Shown one piece after another: positions 22,148 through 35,100 of a DNA stretch of 64,000 bases. The notes under the pieces were generated by a model that worked only from the letters and a program-made list of their open reading frames with translations, made no database searches and was not told the DNA's origin. Source of the DNA: Yuukianura sp. NJ FZ-2021 (lineage: Eukaryota); NCBI GenBank assembly GCA_046563655.1, contig CM102285.1, forward strand, positions 11,036,001 to 11,100,000, written 5' to 3'. Numbering within the stretch: position 1 is the first letter of the stretch; each line of letters opens with the position of its first letter. The translations under genes and the position numbers were made by a program.

Positions 22148-23750
22148 TCAATTAACGGACGAGGCGCACCGGCATTGACATTGCGGATTGGGGGCTGGTT
22201 GGTATTGGACCGGAACTTGATGATTGAGGCAAGAAGATTGTGACATCACTGGCATCATGACCGGCATGGCCATAATTGGCACCATTTGAGGAACGATGTG
22301 TTGTTGCTGGTGCAGAGGAGGGTGATGGCAAGTAGTAGTAGAGCTGTAGTATTGTGGTTGAGCAGCAGTTTGAGAACATCCGACATTGGTGTGACGTACT
22401 CCAGTTCCCCCGTGGTTGCTGCAAGGACATTGAACTTGAATGACAATCGGGATGTTGTGGGACGAAGGCACGCTCATGACGGAATGCGGATGTTGAGCTC
22501 CGTAGATTTGAAGTTGGCACTGGGTTGCAGCGGAAGCACTAGTTGCGCTGGATGAAATTGACGAATTCGGTGAAACATTCCGTTCATCCTTTACTGAAAG
22601 TCTAGGTACAACGGAATCCTGTTTGCGATCTTGTTGGAGCATTTTTTCCCGCTCCCGGTATGAATCGACGAAAGATGTAGCAGATGAAGCGTCGGAAAAC
22701 TTTGGTTTTGGATCGACAGCGTTCCCGCCTTGGAAGACACCGCTGCTACGCATGTCCCGAAGGCTGAGTCTGTGTCCATAGATCACACCGTTGCTACCGT
22801 TGCTGTTCTTCGATTGCCGTTTAGGAGTCGAGTGAGGCGGGGAACTCGGAATGCTACCAATGGAGGTAATATTACTAATCGCAGTGATGTCCATGATTCC
22901 CACGGTAAGCGTATCGTCTTTTTCTTTGTTCGGAGGGGTCTTTCTAGTATAGTCTTCCGTTTTTGCGTAATTCTTATTAGCAATGGCAATGGGCCCCGCT
23001 GTACTCTCTCTTTCCTTTCCCATGCAATACTTCATGACTTGGTTGATCATTTGCTCCGACCCTTGTCCTTCAGATTTGGAACCCATGAAAAAGCTAGTGA
23101 GACTCTCCCGAGTTGAGGTTTCCGGCTGCTTTGTTCTCAAAGCGGCGAAGTTGATGTTGTCGTCATCTCTGAGCGGAGGAAGTTGTGAGCGAGCCTTGAA
23201 GTATTCACCAATACTGCGATTTCCACCAACTAGTGAAATCCTGAAGAAAACAATAAGTTTAAAACGTGTACTATTACAACAATAGACGAATTCAAGGGTT
23301 ATTCAACGTACGCTGACATTCTGCTCGCCATAGAAGTATTTCCGAATTCGGTTGCATTCGTAGTATTGAATCTCCGTATCGAGTCCGCATCTTTGTCTAA
23401 GCGTTTGGCCAATGAAGTCAGTGACATATCATGAAACTGGTCATCGGTAACGTTGTAATTGTTATTTCCACCGCCGCCATTGTGAAATGCTCTGTAAGGA
23501 TAAGTCATAATAGGAACATAAATTAATTTAAACTATTACTAAAGTGTGAGGAGACGACAGCGTTTAAGTCCACGACCTGCCATTACTAGACCCAAAAAGT
23601 AAATGCATTTTACATGGAATCAAGGTGAGTATTTCTCCCGAAATCTACAGCATCCCAATCAATCGACGACGTAAGCTGTTGGTTCGGAATCGAAACCGGC
23701 GATGCGTTGTATCGGGAATTAGCCGGAACCTGGCCTCCTCGTTGGTTCAT
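22148..23750 (-). CDS. Uncharacterised ~469-aa low-complexity (S/Q/P/H/C-rich) protein, 3 exons
   Basis: Exons 23750-23614, 23491-23312 and 23240-22148 join in frame at GT-AG sites (1,410 nt in total). The 330-codon ORF of the supplied track is its last exon. Confidence 0.7.
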
Positions 23751-26150
23751 CCTTACACCAGCTGCTGTTTACCCAATTGACATTTAATCAGGACTGGATT
23801 ACAATTAAGTTCAAAATCATACAGCAATTACAGTTAGGCAGGTAGTGGTTCTGGAAGCTAGTAAATTGACTTTACAAGGCAAGTACCGTTATGTTTAATC
23901 ATAGCAAATCAAAATTAACGAACAATCAAAATAAACTTGCGTCGTTCAAAAACACAATAACATCTCCCCCTCTCGCACATCTCGAAATACATTAGGAATG
24001 GGCGTATTCCGAAAGTCTCATAATAAAGGGCAAGTAATTCATGTATTTTGCAGAGATAAAAGCATGTTAAACACAAATACCTGATTTTAATTACATTAAT
24101 TAAAATATTTAATTTTTATCTGTTATTTTATTGTTATAATTATTCTGTATTATTAATTACTAAAAACCAATTAAATTTAGATGCCCACCTGTGGTTGGGG
24201 ATTAGTAGATGTGTGGTAACCGCTGCATCAGTTCACACCCCGCCTAAAAGATGTTATCTCTTTATCAAGATTTGAATCGCGGGTTTTTGAATCCTATTGC
24301 ATTTGAACCCTGCGATTGTAGAGAAACGTTTTGTAATCGACGCAGTGCCGAACTACGATAGGAATTCTTATGTGGTTTGTTTGTATTTGTGTGGTGCTCT
24401 CTGGCAGTCAACGAGTGAAAGTGGGAAAACAAAGAGAAGAAAGGGAAAGTAAACACCTCTTTGCTTCTGGAAAGTGGAAGATCTCTTCGGAATTTTTTGT
24501 TGGAGAAGATGAAGAAGACGAAGATCTGTAAGTAAAGAGTGCAGAACAGTAAATAGTGGGAGTTGCATATGTAGAAAGTGCTGGGAAGAGTGTCCAGACA
24601 GAAGTCGGATATAACCAGTAAGTAAAGCTATAGGATTCCACTACTGCAATCCATTTGGTAACACGTAACTTCTTCCCTTATCTGTCACGCACTTTTTCTA
24701 AAGGGAATTGTTATGACTCGGCAGGTGATAACCACCACCAAACCACCTAAACACATGAAGAAGTGTCCAGCAGGAAGAAGATTAGAAGAACACAAAGAAC
24801 GGCTATTCTAACTGAATACGGTATGGACAGTAGCCTTAAGCTTCCCCCATATCATCATAACAAGTCAAGATCGTAAAGGAGAACTGAAATCGGAAAGACT
24901 TTGCTTTGTTCCTCGTCACCTTTTGTACAACTTAGCAGAAATTGCAGTCTCCAAGATAATGGTACCCAGAACCAAACCGTGAGTCACAAGAAACGGGCAT
25001 AAATTCCTATAATTTATTTACGCCTGACTGTCAGAGCAGTCCACCACCAACTTACCCAACTACTTCATTGCTTAGTCAGCCACTGCCTCTATTGGTTGCC
25101 TTCCCATTCGTACTTTTGCTAAAAGGTGAGTGAGCTGGAGATTTTAAGTACTGTTTGTATTCTCGGTATCTCGGTACTTCATATTTTAAAGTGCGTATTC
25201 AAATTGAACAGGCAGAAGGTTATCAACCGGTAGTTCACGCTAGCTCATCTTCGTTACTTATTGACAGACGTTGTCATTGCGGAAGTTGCGGTAAACATTG
25301 CCAACTATACAACCAAAAACACGTTCGGCTGGGCGACATTAAGGAGAAAGCTGGGTTTTTGTTAACTAATTCCTACTAGTTTGTGTAGCCTGGTTAGAAT
25401 GGTTACCGGAATGTCGACCTGGGAACTGATATCGAATCACAGCTCTTCGACTCAACCTTTTTTAGTCGAAGAGCATTGATTCGAAGTCGGGTCCACTTTC
25501 CATTCTACACGACCACGCTGGATCTTTAGTTTTACATAACCTAACGAACTTGCTGCTTTGTTTGGGTCAATGAGTTTTGGTTTTGCCAGTTCAGAAAGAG
25601 CAGAAAGTTACATAGTAAAGTGCTGCACGGACTACTGCCGAAGAATAATAGTTCAGTCAGTCAGTGAAGAAAGTCGTAATTTGATTCTTTTAGTTGATCG
25701 ATTCCTTATGGTTGTATTGTTCCCAAATGTCTGCGCTGATAGTTCCCTCGCCCTTTAAATCTACAAAGATAACTCCAATTTGATAACTACTTTCGATCAA
25801 TGCTTTAGTAAACTGGTTTCTAATGATTTTTTTTGGTGTTATTTCAGATATAATGCTGGCTGCTGTACTCTGATTGTCTCATTCTACTAATAGTGAAAGA
25901 TCGGTCTAAATCCAAAATACTGCCTCCAAACTACCGGCCTGTTCGTTGGTTCTTGAAATGATGAGCAAACTCTCCACTGAAACTGTTTCGTCAATAACCG
26001 TGTAGTGGTCAAGCGTTGTTTACGATATTAGCCAACAACGATACTCACTGTTATACTCTCAACGTCAAGACTTCATTCAAGTGAACTATAACACCGTCAC
26101 CGGGGAACAACAGAGCAACATACAACGAGCAAAACCACATCACTTCAACA

Positions 26151-29100
26151 ATGGCCTCCGAAGCTTCAACTAATGCGCCGAATCTGGACATGGAATCGTT
26201 ACCACAAGATGTCAAAAATAAATTGGCTGAGCTTGAACTGGAACTTTCTGAAGGTAAGTGCCCATGTTTCTGTACAACTCGCTTTCTTTTCCTTATCCAC
26301 TGCTTTGGTTGCTACTATTTTGATATGAGTATTGGAACGAAGGAGGGCGTAACACGCAAGCATTCCCACCCAGATTCGCTGTATAAGAGCGTAAAAAGCG
26401 CAAACGCATTGCAGTACTAACTACAAACAGAACTTAAGAATATGAACAGCAGGCGCACCTCGCGTAGTAACGAAATCCATGAGTTGTAAACAGACCGCCA
26501 CTGTAACACGGCACAAGTTAGCCGAACAGCGCACGTTAACGCAACACGGCACAGGTTAACACTGTTGCAAAATTAATTGATTAAATGTGCCGAATTTTAA
26601 AAATTCGCACCTTTGTCAACATTTTATTTGTAACTTCTTCCTATTACGCCATTCGTAAATTTTTGAAAACGATTTCAGTTCCCTCTCCTGATATTGTAAA
26701 ATAAGTTTCCTTATGGCATCGAAACGTAGCATCACTTTTTCCTAATTATGTGGAACGCAAAATTGCATAAGGTGTGGTAAATTTGTTCAAAATAACACCG
26801 TACTTAGCTAGGAAATGAAAGTGGATCAATTTAACAATTTTGGTTATGGCTTATTAGTCCTGGTTGTTTATTGCCGTAAGGATTGAATTTTCGTTCCTTT
26901 TTAAGGTGCAACACTTTGTCAATTTTACACCTTTGACTTTTTAACAGTCACCACTCCAATGTCTAAACTCCAAAAACCAACAAATTATTATTATTAGGTC
27001 CTCGTTCCTTAAAAAAACGTTGACCGATTTTCACTTGGCCAATAACGTATGAAGCAATATTATTTTTTAACATGACAAAACTATGCTAAAGTCAAAGTTC
27101 TCGTGGGATTCCCGATAATTAATTTTTCCTGAATTTTCAAGCTTCATATTTTACAAATTCAAAATCAAAAGAAAGGCTTATCAAATTGAATCTTTTGGTG
27201 ACTGTGAAGTCCTGTATTCGACATTTGTTAATGATCTGCTGATCCGCAATACACATTTAATAATCCAAAGTGGGCGATGGATGTGAGATGTGATTGTTTG
27301 GAGAAATATCATTTGTAAAAAATTGAATACATGAATAAGGAATGGATATGGAGAGGGCGAGATCGTAAAGAAAGAAAAATATTTTTGAAATCTGATCTTG
27401 CAGACTTAATTTGGCAAACAAGGCATTGGCAGTTACAATTGTTGAATTTAAGGATCTGTTCCGAACTTGTTAAGTGCAATGACTCTCCCTTCTTTAAAAC
27501 TTTAATTTGTTAGTTGTTCATTTTTCTTACTTTGGTTTTTTGGGGTGTAGAATCCGACACTTGAGAAGAGTTAGATTGTGCTTTTGTTGATCATGATGAT
27601 GATGAAAATGAGAGCAAACGATAACGAGAGGGGTGAAGGAACAGAGATTCACGAAATCTTCCTTATTCTTCAATTCCTTCATCTCGATGATGGAAAACTT
27701 CTGTTCGGATGGGGGTGTTTGGCCGGTTTGTTCATCTTTTCCCATGTCCTGGCTCAGTTTTTGGCCAATGAACAGACGAACAACAAAGTCAAAGTTTCAT
27801 TCAAACCAACAACATCTATCTTACAACACTTCATATTTTTTGGAGAGTTTAATCGACACTTGTCAGACGAAATGTTTTTGGTAAAGAGTTTTCAAAACTG
27901 AACGTGTGGTTGTGGTTGAATATTTTCCATTCACGATTATTATTCTGTTCCAGTATTGAATTACGGTGGTGCTGTCTGCAGTTGTTGCTGGAAAATTTAA
28001 GATTTTAGAAAGTTTGTGCGTATGGACTTGTGTGAAGTTTTGAATTTGTTGACGTAGTGTAATCAATTCCTGTTCCATACTAAATTTACTTTGCATAGAG
28101 ATCTACAGTTGCTTTCATCTTCTTCCTGATCTGTGTGTGTTTGAGGACGTGGTTAGCCTTACTATTGTAAAGAGTAGAACTGAAAGGTGATTTACGGGAG
28201 AGAATAGGATGGGAACAATGCCTATTTGCTAGCCATTGTATTGTATCTTATTAGAAGGAAAAAGTTGAACATGCTGTTGAATATAAACTAGGGCTATTGG
28301 AACAACAACAATGAATTAATGTCTATTCGTGCTAGAGATTTCGTTGGGAGGGAAGCTGAATTTTAATTTAATCTAACAGAGTTGAATTCATCAAGCCGTT
28401 TGGATTTTTCATCGGAGTTGGTGTTAGAATGGAGGCAGAAGCTGCTCAGGAAGTGAAGTTTAAACTTTGTAAGTTACAAAATTACAAATTGTAACCCGCC
28501 CAACAGAGACCTTGTGTAACATGGTAAATTATACTCGGGCTACTCTCAAGATCCTAAGTTTTCTGTGGTTGGGAAAAAATACAACTCTCACTTCACGGAT
28601 TCCACCCTTCCCGCGCTGGCTGGTATGGGCAGATCAATGAGAATACTCATTGAGGTGCCCAAAGTGGAATTGAGTGCAACCCATGAAGTGAGAGTTGTAT
28701 TTTTTCCCAACCACAGAAAACTTAGGATCTTGAGAGTAGCCCGAGTATAGTAGTGTTGTGCGACACGGGAAACTTTTTGACGCAATTTTTAAGTCACTGC
28801 TCAGCTCACCGACAGCCGTGATGATGTGGAGTGAAAGTGAATTTGAAAAGTTTTTTTCCCTTGTGTAACTTCGTTCCGGTGTTCTATGTACTATATTGAG
28901 TTAGTGCCAATTGGCTCATTATAGCATCAACCATCCCCTCCTCGTTAGAAATCGTGTGAAAAGTCTTATTGAAGTTTTTATATACTTTAATTGGGGAGAG
29001 GGAGATGAATGAGAAGTTTTAGAAAGAATCTTAAATTGGATAACACGCCTTAAGTTGAACAATTTAGAGCTGCTTTTGAAAGGCTCAGTGAATGACAGGA

Positions 29101-32100
29101 GAGTGAGTGGATTGAAGGCCTGTCTTTGCCAAAAAATTGACACTTCTAGCGCTGTTTTTGTCCTTCTCACTAACTACAAAGTTGAAACTTCCAAAGTTGA
29201 TTATTTCAAAACGAGGCACGAATTTTCCATTTCTATTCAATTGGAAATTGGAATAAATCATTCCAAATTTAAAAAGTGACGTGGACTGGTGCATTGTGTT
29301 TTTGCTGATGCTGATGGTGGTGTCTGTGCCTTTTGTTCTTTCTTGATTGAAAAGAGGGACGTAATAAGTTGTGCATTTTTTTAGACTTGGGATTTCGCTT
29401 GTGCTAATTCCCATTCTCATCTTTATTACAACGTCCATTTTTGTAATACACAGGATCGTCTAGTATTGTTTTTGTTGTTGTAAGAAGACAAATAACTTCA
29501 ACTTCCCTCGTGTCGTGGCCCGTGTGAATTGTGGGAGACAATTTTAATGTTCTTCTTTGGTCTTCGTCCGTCGTGAACCTTTGTTAAAGTTTGAGTTTTG
29601 AAGATGTACGAACTAAAAGTTCCTCGTGTGCGAAATGGGAAATTTTGTTTCCGGTAAATTGCTTCAGCTTTTTGGAAAGAAATAAAGCTGGCAATTGCGA
29701 ATGACCATTCTTCATGAAGGATTTAGTCGTGGGACAACATCAGTTGTTGGTCAAAAGACTTTGAGAAGACGAGGGAAGTGTTAGTGTTTGGGTGTTTGTT
29801 GGGTTTTGAAATATGTAACAGTAACAAAAGTGTGGCAGAGGCTTTAACGCTTAAGGAAGACTCTTGTGCAAAAGTTGAGTTTAGTGTCATTTATGAAAGT
29901 GGGAAAATGAGAAGGAGGAAGTAACTATTACGAGGAGAGTTAGCGGAATTAGTGCCTTGTGCCTCGTGTTTTGTTGTTGAAGCTTGAAGGTCCCGTTGAG
30001 ACTCCTAGCTGCGTTCTTTTATTGAGCAATCATAATGATTTTAATGGAGTAATTATATTTCATGGCACTGATTCCTTTCTCTTCTGCTCTGACTTCTGTG
30101 GTTTCTTCTCAAGATTCATTTTCTACTTATCTCAATCCCATCAACGATCAACATCTCCTTATGTGTATTGCTCTCCTGGTGGAAATTGGAAAGGTGTAGC
30201 GTTGTTTTTTGTGAGTTGCGGTGATTATTAATTTGTTCGTGGAATCCCTTCGCAGTGTGCATAGTTCAAGGTCTAAAGGCGGAAAAAGTAATCAAGAAAA
30301 ATAGTTGGCCCTTGCCCTTGGTGGTTTCGGAGAGGAAAACGAAACTTCAAAGCTCCTTTTCCTTTGAAAACTGTTGCAAATCAAAATCCAAAGTTTTGGT
30401 GAATTGCTGTGCAAACTGGTCAGTTTAACATTTGAGTTCGGTGGAAGTTCAGTTAGTTGGAAGAGTAAATTTGATAAACATCAAGAAATTTCTCAACGAA
30501 TTTTGAGTGGGTGGATTTAGGCTAGAGATTTACAGATTTTGTAAGAGCAAGGACGGGATTGTGTAGATGTTTTCGGAAAATGAAGGAATTTAGTCTGGAG
30601 GCCCTTAATTTCAAATGTTATTTACAAAGCGTGAGACGTTTCTAAGCCCGTTTTTGGAAGTTAATTAAAGTTAATAGAGGAAATATGAAGACTCCATGGG
30701 AAAAACTGCGACAACTCATGGGTGGACGACCGAAGAAGGAAAAGGAACCAACAGATTCTTCAAAATTTGCACGGAGCTACTCTTTCAAAAGAACTTCAAT
30801 TCGAAGAAGTGGTCGTCGTTTGGTAAGATCTTCAAATGAAGATTCATTAGGACAGATTAGGTTCAATGGACAAGGGAGCCCGTCAATTCAGACTAAATTG
30901 GAGTCGAGGGAGGGCAGCAACCGTAACGGTCCACGAAGAAATACGGGAGAAGTGTCAGGAACTAATGCTGATAGAGTTCATCCGGCTTCCTCTTCTTCAC
31001 ATTCGGCTCGAGATGAGGGCAGGGATTCAAGTCACTCGAGTCAATTTTTGCCAAAAGTCGAGATGATTCCGCAAATTGGGAGGCGGGAGAGGGTTGAGAG
31101 GATTTGTCGTCTAATGAGTCAGGATTTGGATGGTGACGATGAGGAGGGGCCAGTAGTGGTCAATGGTCGCGGCAATCAGAATCACCAAGTTCAAGACAAA
31201 GGTCAAAGTCAAATTTTGCGGTCAAGTAGAAATTGGCAGTATATTGATGATGATGATGGTGATGCCTGCTTGGATTTGGAAATGACCTCGCCAGAATCTT
31301 GTGCAAATGGCCCGAGGAAAGCAACAAGCAAAAACTTTGGGAGTGACGCGAGTGAGGAATTTAGAAGAAGAGAGGAGTTGATTGCTGATTGTTGTGTGAT
31401 TGAGAGAATGGTGTCCAATGCCATAACTCATTCCATGGACAAGGAAGATATTGTAAACAGTTTGCAAAATGGAAAACCAATCTTTGGTGACCATGAAGAA
31501 GATGGAAAGGACGGAGGAACAGAGTTGACAGAGGATTTTCATTCCACAGTGTTGTTGGATAGTGGTTTCTATCAAAATTCTCAATCAGTTCAGCAAAATC
31601 AAAATTGGAAAGTTGGAAGTGGTGAAAGTCGAAGCAGTTATTTGGACACATCCATGGATTCGGCTGTTCCATCGCTCCCACGGTCTCAGGAAGGGGGTAC
31701 TACTCCTGCTCCTGGCACTTCCTTGAAGTTTTTTGAAGAAAATCCACGAAGTTTTTGGTGGACTCATCAAAAGCCCGGCTCAACTCTGACAGCTTCGTCA
31801 GCCGGATCAAAGGATTCTGGATTCTCATTGGGATTGAACTGGGCGTCTGGTCTAGCCAAAGTTTTTGGACGGAAAGATGCCATGGCTGGACCTGTTTTGA
31901 GTGTAAGTAGAGAAGGCTATTTTCAAAGAACCAATTTGAGACGCTCTTCTGGTCGGAGGGGAAAGCATCAGGTTCTGCGGGGTTCCGTCGTACGGAAAAG
32001 TGGAGCAAATCGAACAAGGCGGGTCATTGCATCAAAGAAACTGATTTCAGTTGGTGGCCCACCGATCCGAATTTCACCTGTGGTGCCACTGTATTCAGAG

Positions 32101-35100
32101 AATTCCCTAGACGAAATCCATCGAGTATACAATGTAAAGAGAGCTATCAGCCTTGGAAGACTTTGTGATGATGAAGCGGTATCTTTTGTAGTACCAGAAA
32201 GGCGAAAACCTCGAAATGGTAACAACAGTAGGCAGCAGAAAGTGATTCAATCTAGGAATGAGGCTCGTAGTCTAGGATATCATAGATTTGATACAATCGA
32301 AATCCGTCTCCCACGTCTTCGATGTGAAACGAATGAAGGAAGCAGTGCTATTTTGATTACAAAATCTCCAGAACCTTTGTCCTCTTCATTTTCTCGATCA
32401 AGAAGTAGAGGAGATGAAATTGGTAATTTTGGAAGAGGTGTTGGTGTTGGAAATGAAATTTGTGCTGAGAAGGTGAATGATGATGAGAGTGAAAGTGTGG
32501 AGTCTGATGTGAATTCTGAAAATGAATCCGAGGATCAACTTTTGGCGGGTGTGGGAGGATCAAAAGACTTGATGAAGAGGAAGGAAGGATTTGTTGGACG
32601 GAATAATCATGGGAAGCGAATTGTTGCGAAACCAGGCGGGTCGATTGTGAGAAGACGAAATAATAATGTCAATGGAAGTCTTGGCAGAAGATCTAAAATG
32701 GGATCAAATTTTGCACTACCTCGACCTTCTTTCAAAACTGGTAAGAATCATTTATTATATGATACCATAAAGTTTTTTTTTCGTTTTCGGAAAGCGGGTT
32801 ACTGGAGAATTGGAGTGGGAGAAAAGATTTCTTTTTCTTTTGAGTTGAATGGGCTAGTATGATTTGAAAGTAGGGCAGAGAGAAAGGTAATTGTGTTTCT
32901 GTGATATTTGAAACAGATTTGGGAATATTTATTACTAGGAGGAGGGAATTATTAATGTTGCAAGCTCTAACATTTTCGAAACCGAAATTCACCATTTTGA
33001 GGAAGTTTTGGTTAATTCAGATTGCAACACGTTTGATGTTGAACTTTGCCGGAATTAAAAAGTGAAAAATTCTAGGGATACTGAACCTCTATGTAAGTAT
33101 TCAGTTAGTTCACGTTCAACTTCAAATTGAAGATTTTCTAAAACTTTGTTGATTTCGAACTAATTATAATTAGTACTGAAAATTGAAAAATCAAAAATTT
33201 AATTTTAAATTCTTAATTCCAATTTGAGTTTTCGAAATTAAAAATTGGTTGGCGAAAGTTGGTGAAAGTGCTTTCACCACAAAGACAAATTTTATTTTCG
33301 TCGTCTAGTCGTTTTTTTTCGGTTTTATTCGAGTTTTTGTTTTAGGGTTTAGGTTTTAGATTTCTTTTTCTTTTTTTTTTTGTGAGAATTCAAGCGTAAA
33401 AGCGGTTTTGTCATAAAGTTTTATAACTTTTTAATTTTTCATTGTCTCCCTAAAACTTGTCATTTCTGTCCGTCTGTCGGCTGCTACTAGCCGTAGGACA
33501 GAAGCGGTTTCGAAATGATGACCTTTTGGCCTAAATTCCAAATAAAAAAAAACATAACAAGAGTACCATGTAAAAATACATTGAGGAAAGTTAATTGTGT
33601 ACGCATTCTCATCTTTATTGTGCCGCAATTTCTTTGTTGTGAGTTGAGTCTTCACTTCCTCAAAAAATACGTTGGATTGTAAATTGCTTTCGGAATTTTA
33701 TGCCTAAGTTTGTGAATAATGTGAATTGTGATCGTCTTTATTGTTGCTGTATAACTGAATAAGAGGATTTAAAATTTGCTGTAATTATAGAATGAACAAT
33801 GGGTTTAAGATGACGTTTTGAGCGCTGCACATCAAATTGTAATTGCATAGTTTGAAATTTTTTACAAATCCGGTTTAAACCTCTTTTTAGCTGTTTATTA
33901 ACTGCAAAGGGATTTGGGAATTGACTATTTTAAAAGGTGGTTAAACAAATCTTTGGAATTTGGAGCTTCTAAAATGTGTAGTTGAAAAGTTTTCGTAGAC
34001 AGCATGATACTTACTGAATAGTTTTAAAATCTGGTTTTTGTTAAGCGTTACTAAAGTTTCCTCCTGTTGGTTTTTTAGAAAACATTTTGGGAAGTTTTTG
34101 GGAGATAATGAAGCCTAAAGTTATTTCTAAAGCAGTGAGTTTATCCTCTTAAAAGTGCGTTTTTGAACACTTTACACGAGATGCAACCCTCCTAAAAAAT
34201 TGTATTTGTATTATTTGTTGATAGGGTGTTTGAAAAATGAGGGAGGATATGGTAGGGGGAAGCTTTTGAAAATTTAGTGTAGCTCAACATGTGGCATCTT
34301 CCCCGTTCTAAAAGTTCTGGATCAATTTTTTTGTGTTTTTTGTCTGTTACTGACTTCGTTTGAAGTACTAAGGGTCAGAGTCATGTTAACGTTAAGTTAA
34401 AGACCCTCTCTCTATTCAAACTTTGTGTAAAAATCGTCAAGAGGTCTGTTTTTAGACACTGTATTTTTAGTTTCAAAGGAGCCGTGGTGCTGGATTGAAG
34501 AAAATTGCTAAACTCTTTCAAAGTTCTAAGCAAATGTTTTAGAAGGAAGGTTTTCTAAAAAGAAAGAAGTTTTTTGTTGGACACTTTGAGAGGACTTGGA
34601 AGGTCAATTTGTGTTTGAACTTTGGTTCTTGGAATTTTGTATCTTTTTTGGGAGAGGGAGGTTCTAAGTGGATGAAATTGAAGTACTAAAAAGTGAAAGT
34701 ACAGTGTTCCTTTTCTATGGAAAAAGTTGTTCTTTAGTGACTTTTTGGCAGAGACTGTGATGTCAAGCGGCTCGAGGACATTCGCCCAGTGGGAAGTGTT
34801 GCTTTAGAATTGGGAATTTCGGAGTGTTTCAGCGTTTGCAAAGGGGTTTTCGGGTCTTTTTCTTGAGTCAAGCGCTGGAGATTGAGCAGAAGAAACCCCA
34901 AAGTAGGATGGGTTTGTGAACTTGGGAGAATGAGCTTGGGCTTAGAAGTTGGAAGTTCCACTATACGGCTTGGCTTCATGGTGAAAAGTGTAAGAATGGA
35001 ACTAACTCCATACCGGGGGAAATTTTGAGTTCAGTAGGACTCGAACCCTGGACTCGGTTTGAGTCCTTCCCCCTCGCTCTCCATCTCCCTTGAACTTTTT

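Noticed and set aside
35026..35070. tRNA-like fragment with a B-box (GGTTCGAGTCC on the minus strand)
   Set aside because: Only a T-arm-like piece is present; I cannot build a cloverleaf or find an A-box. At most it is a SINE or tRNA remnant.
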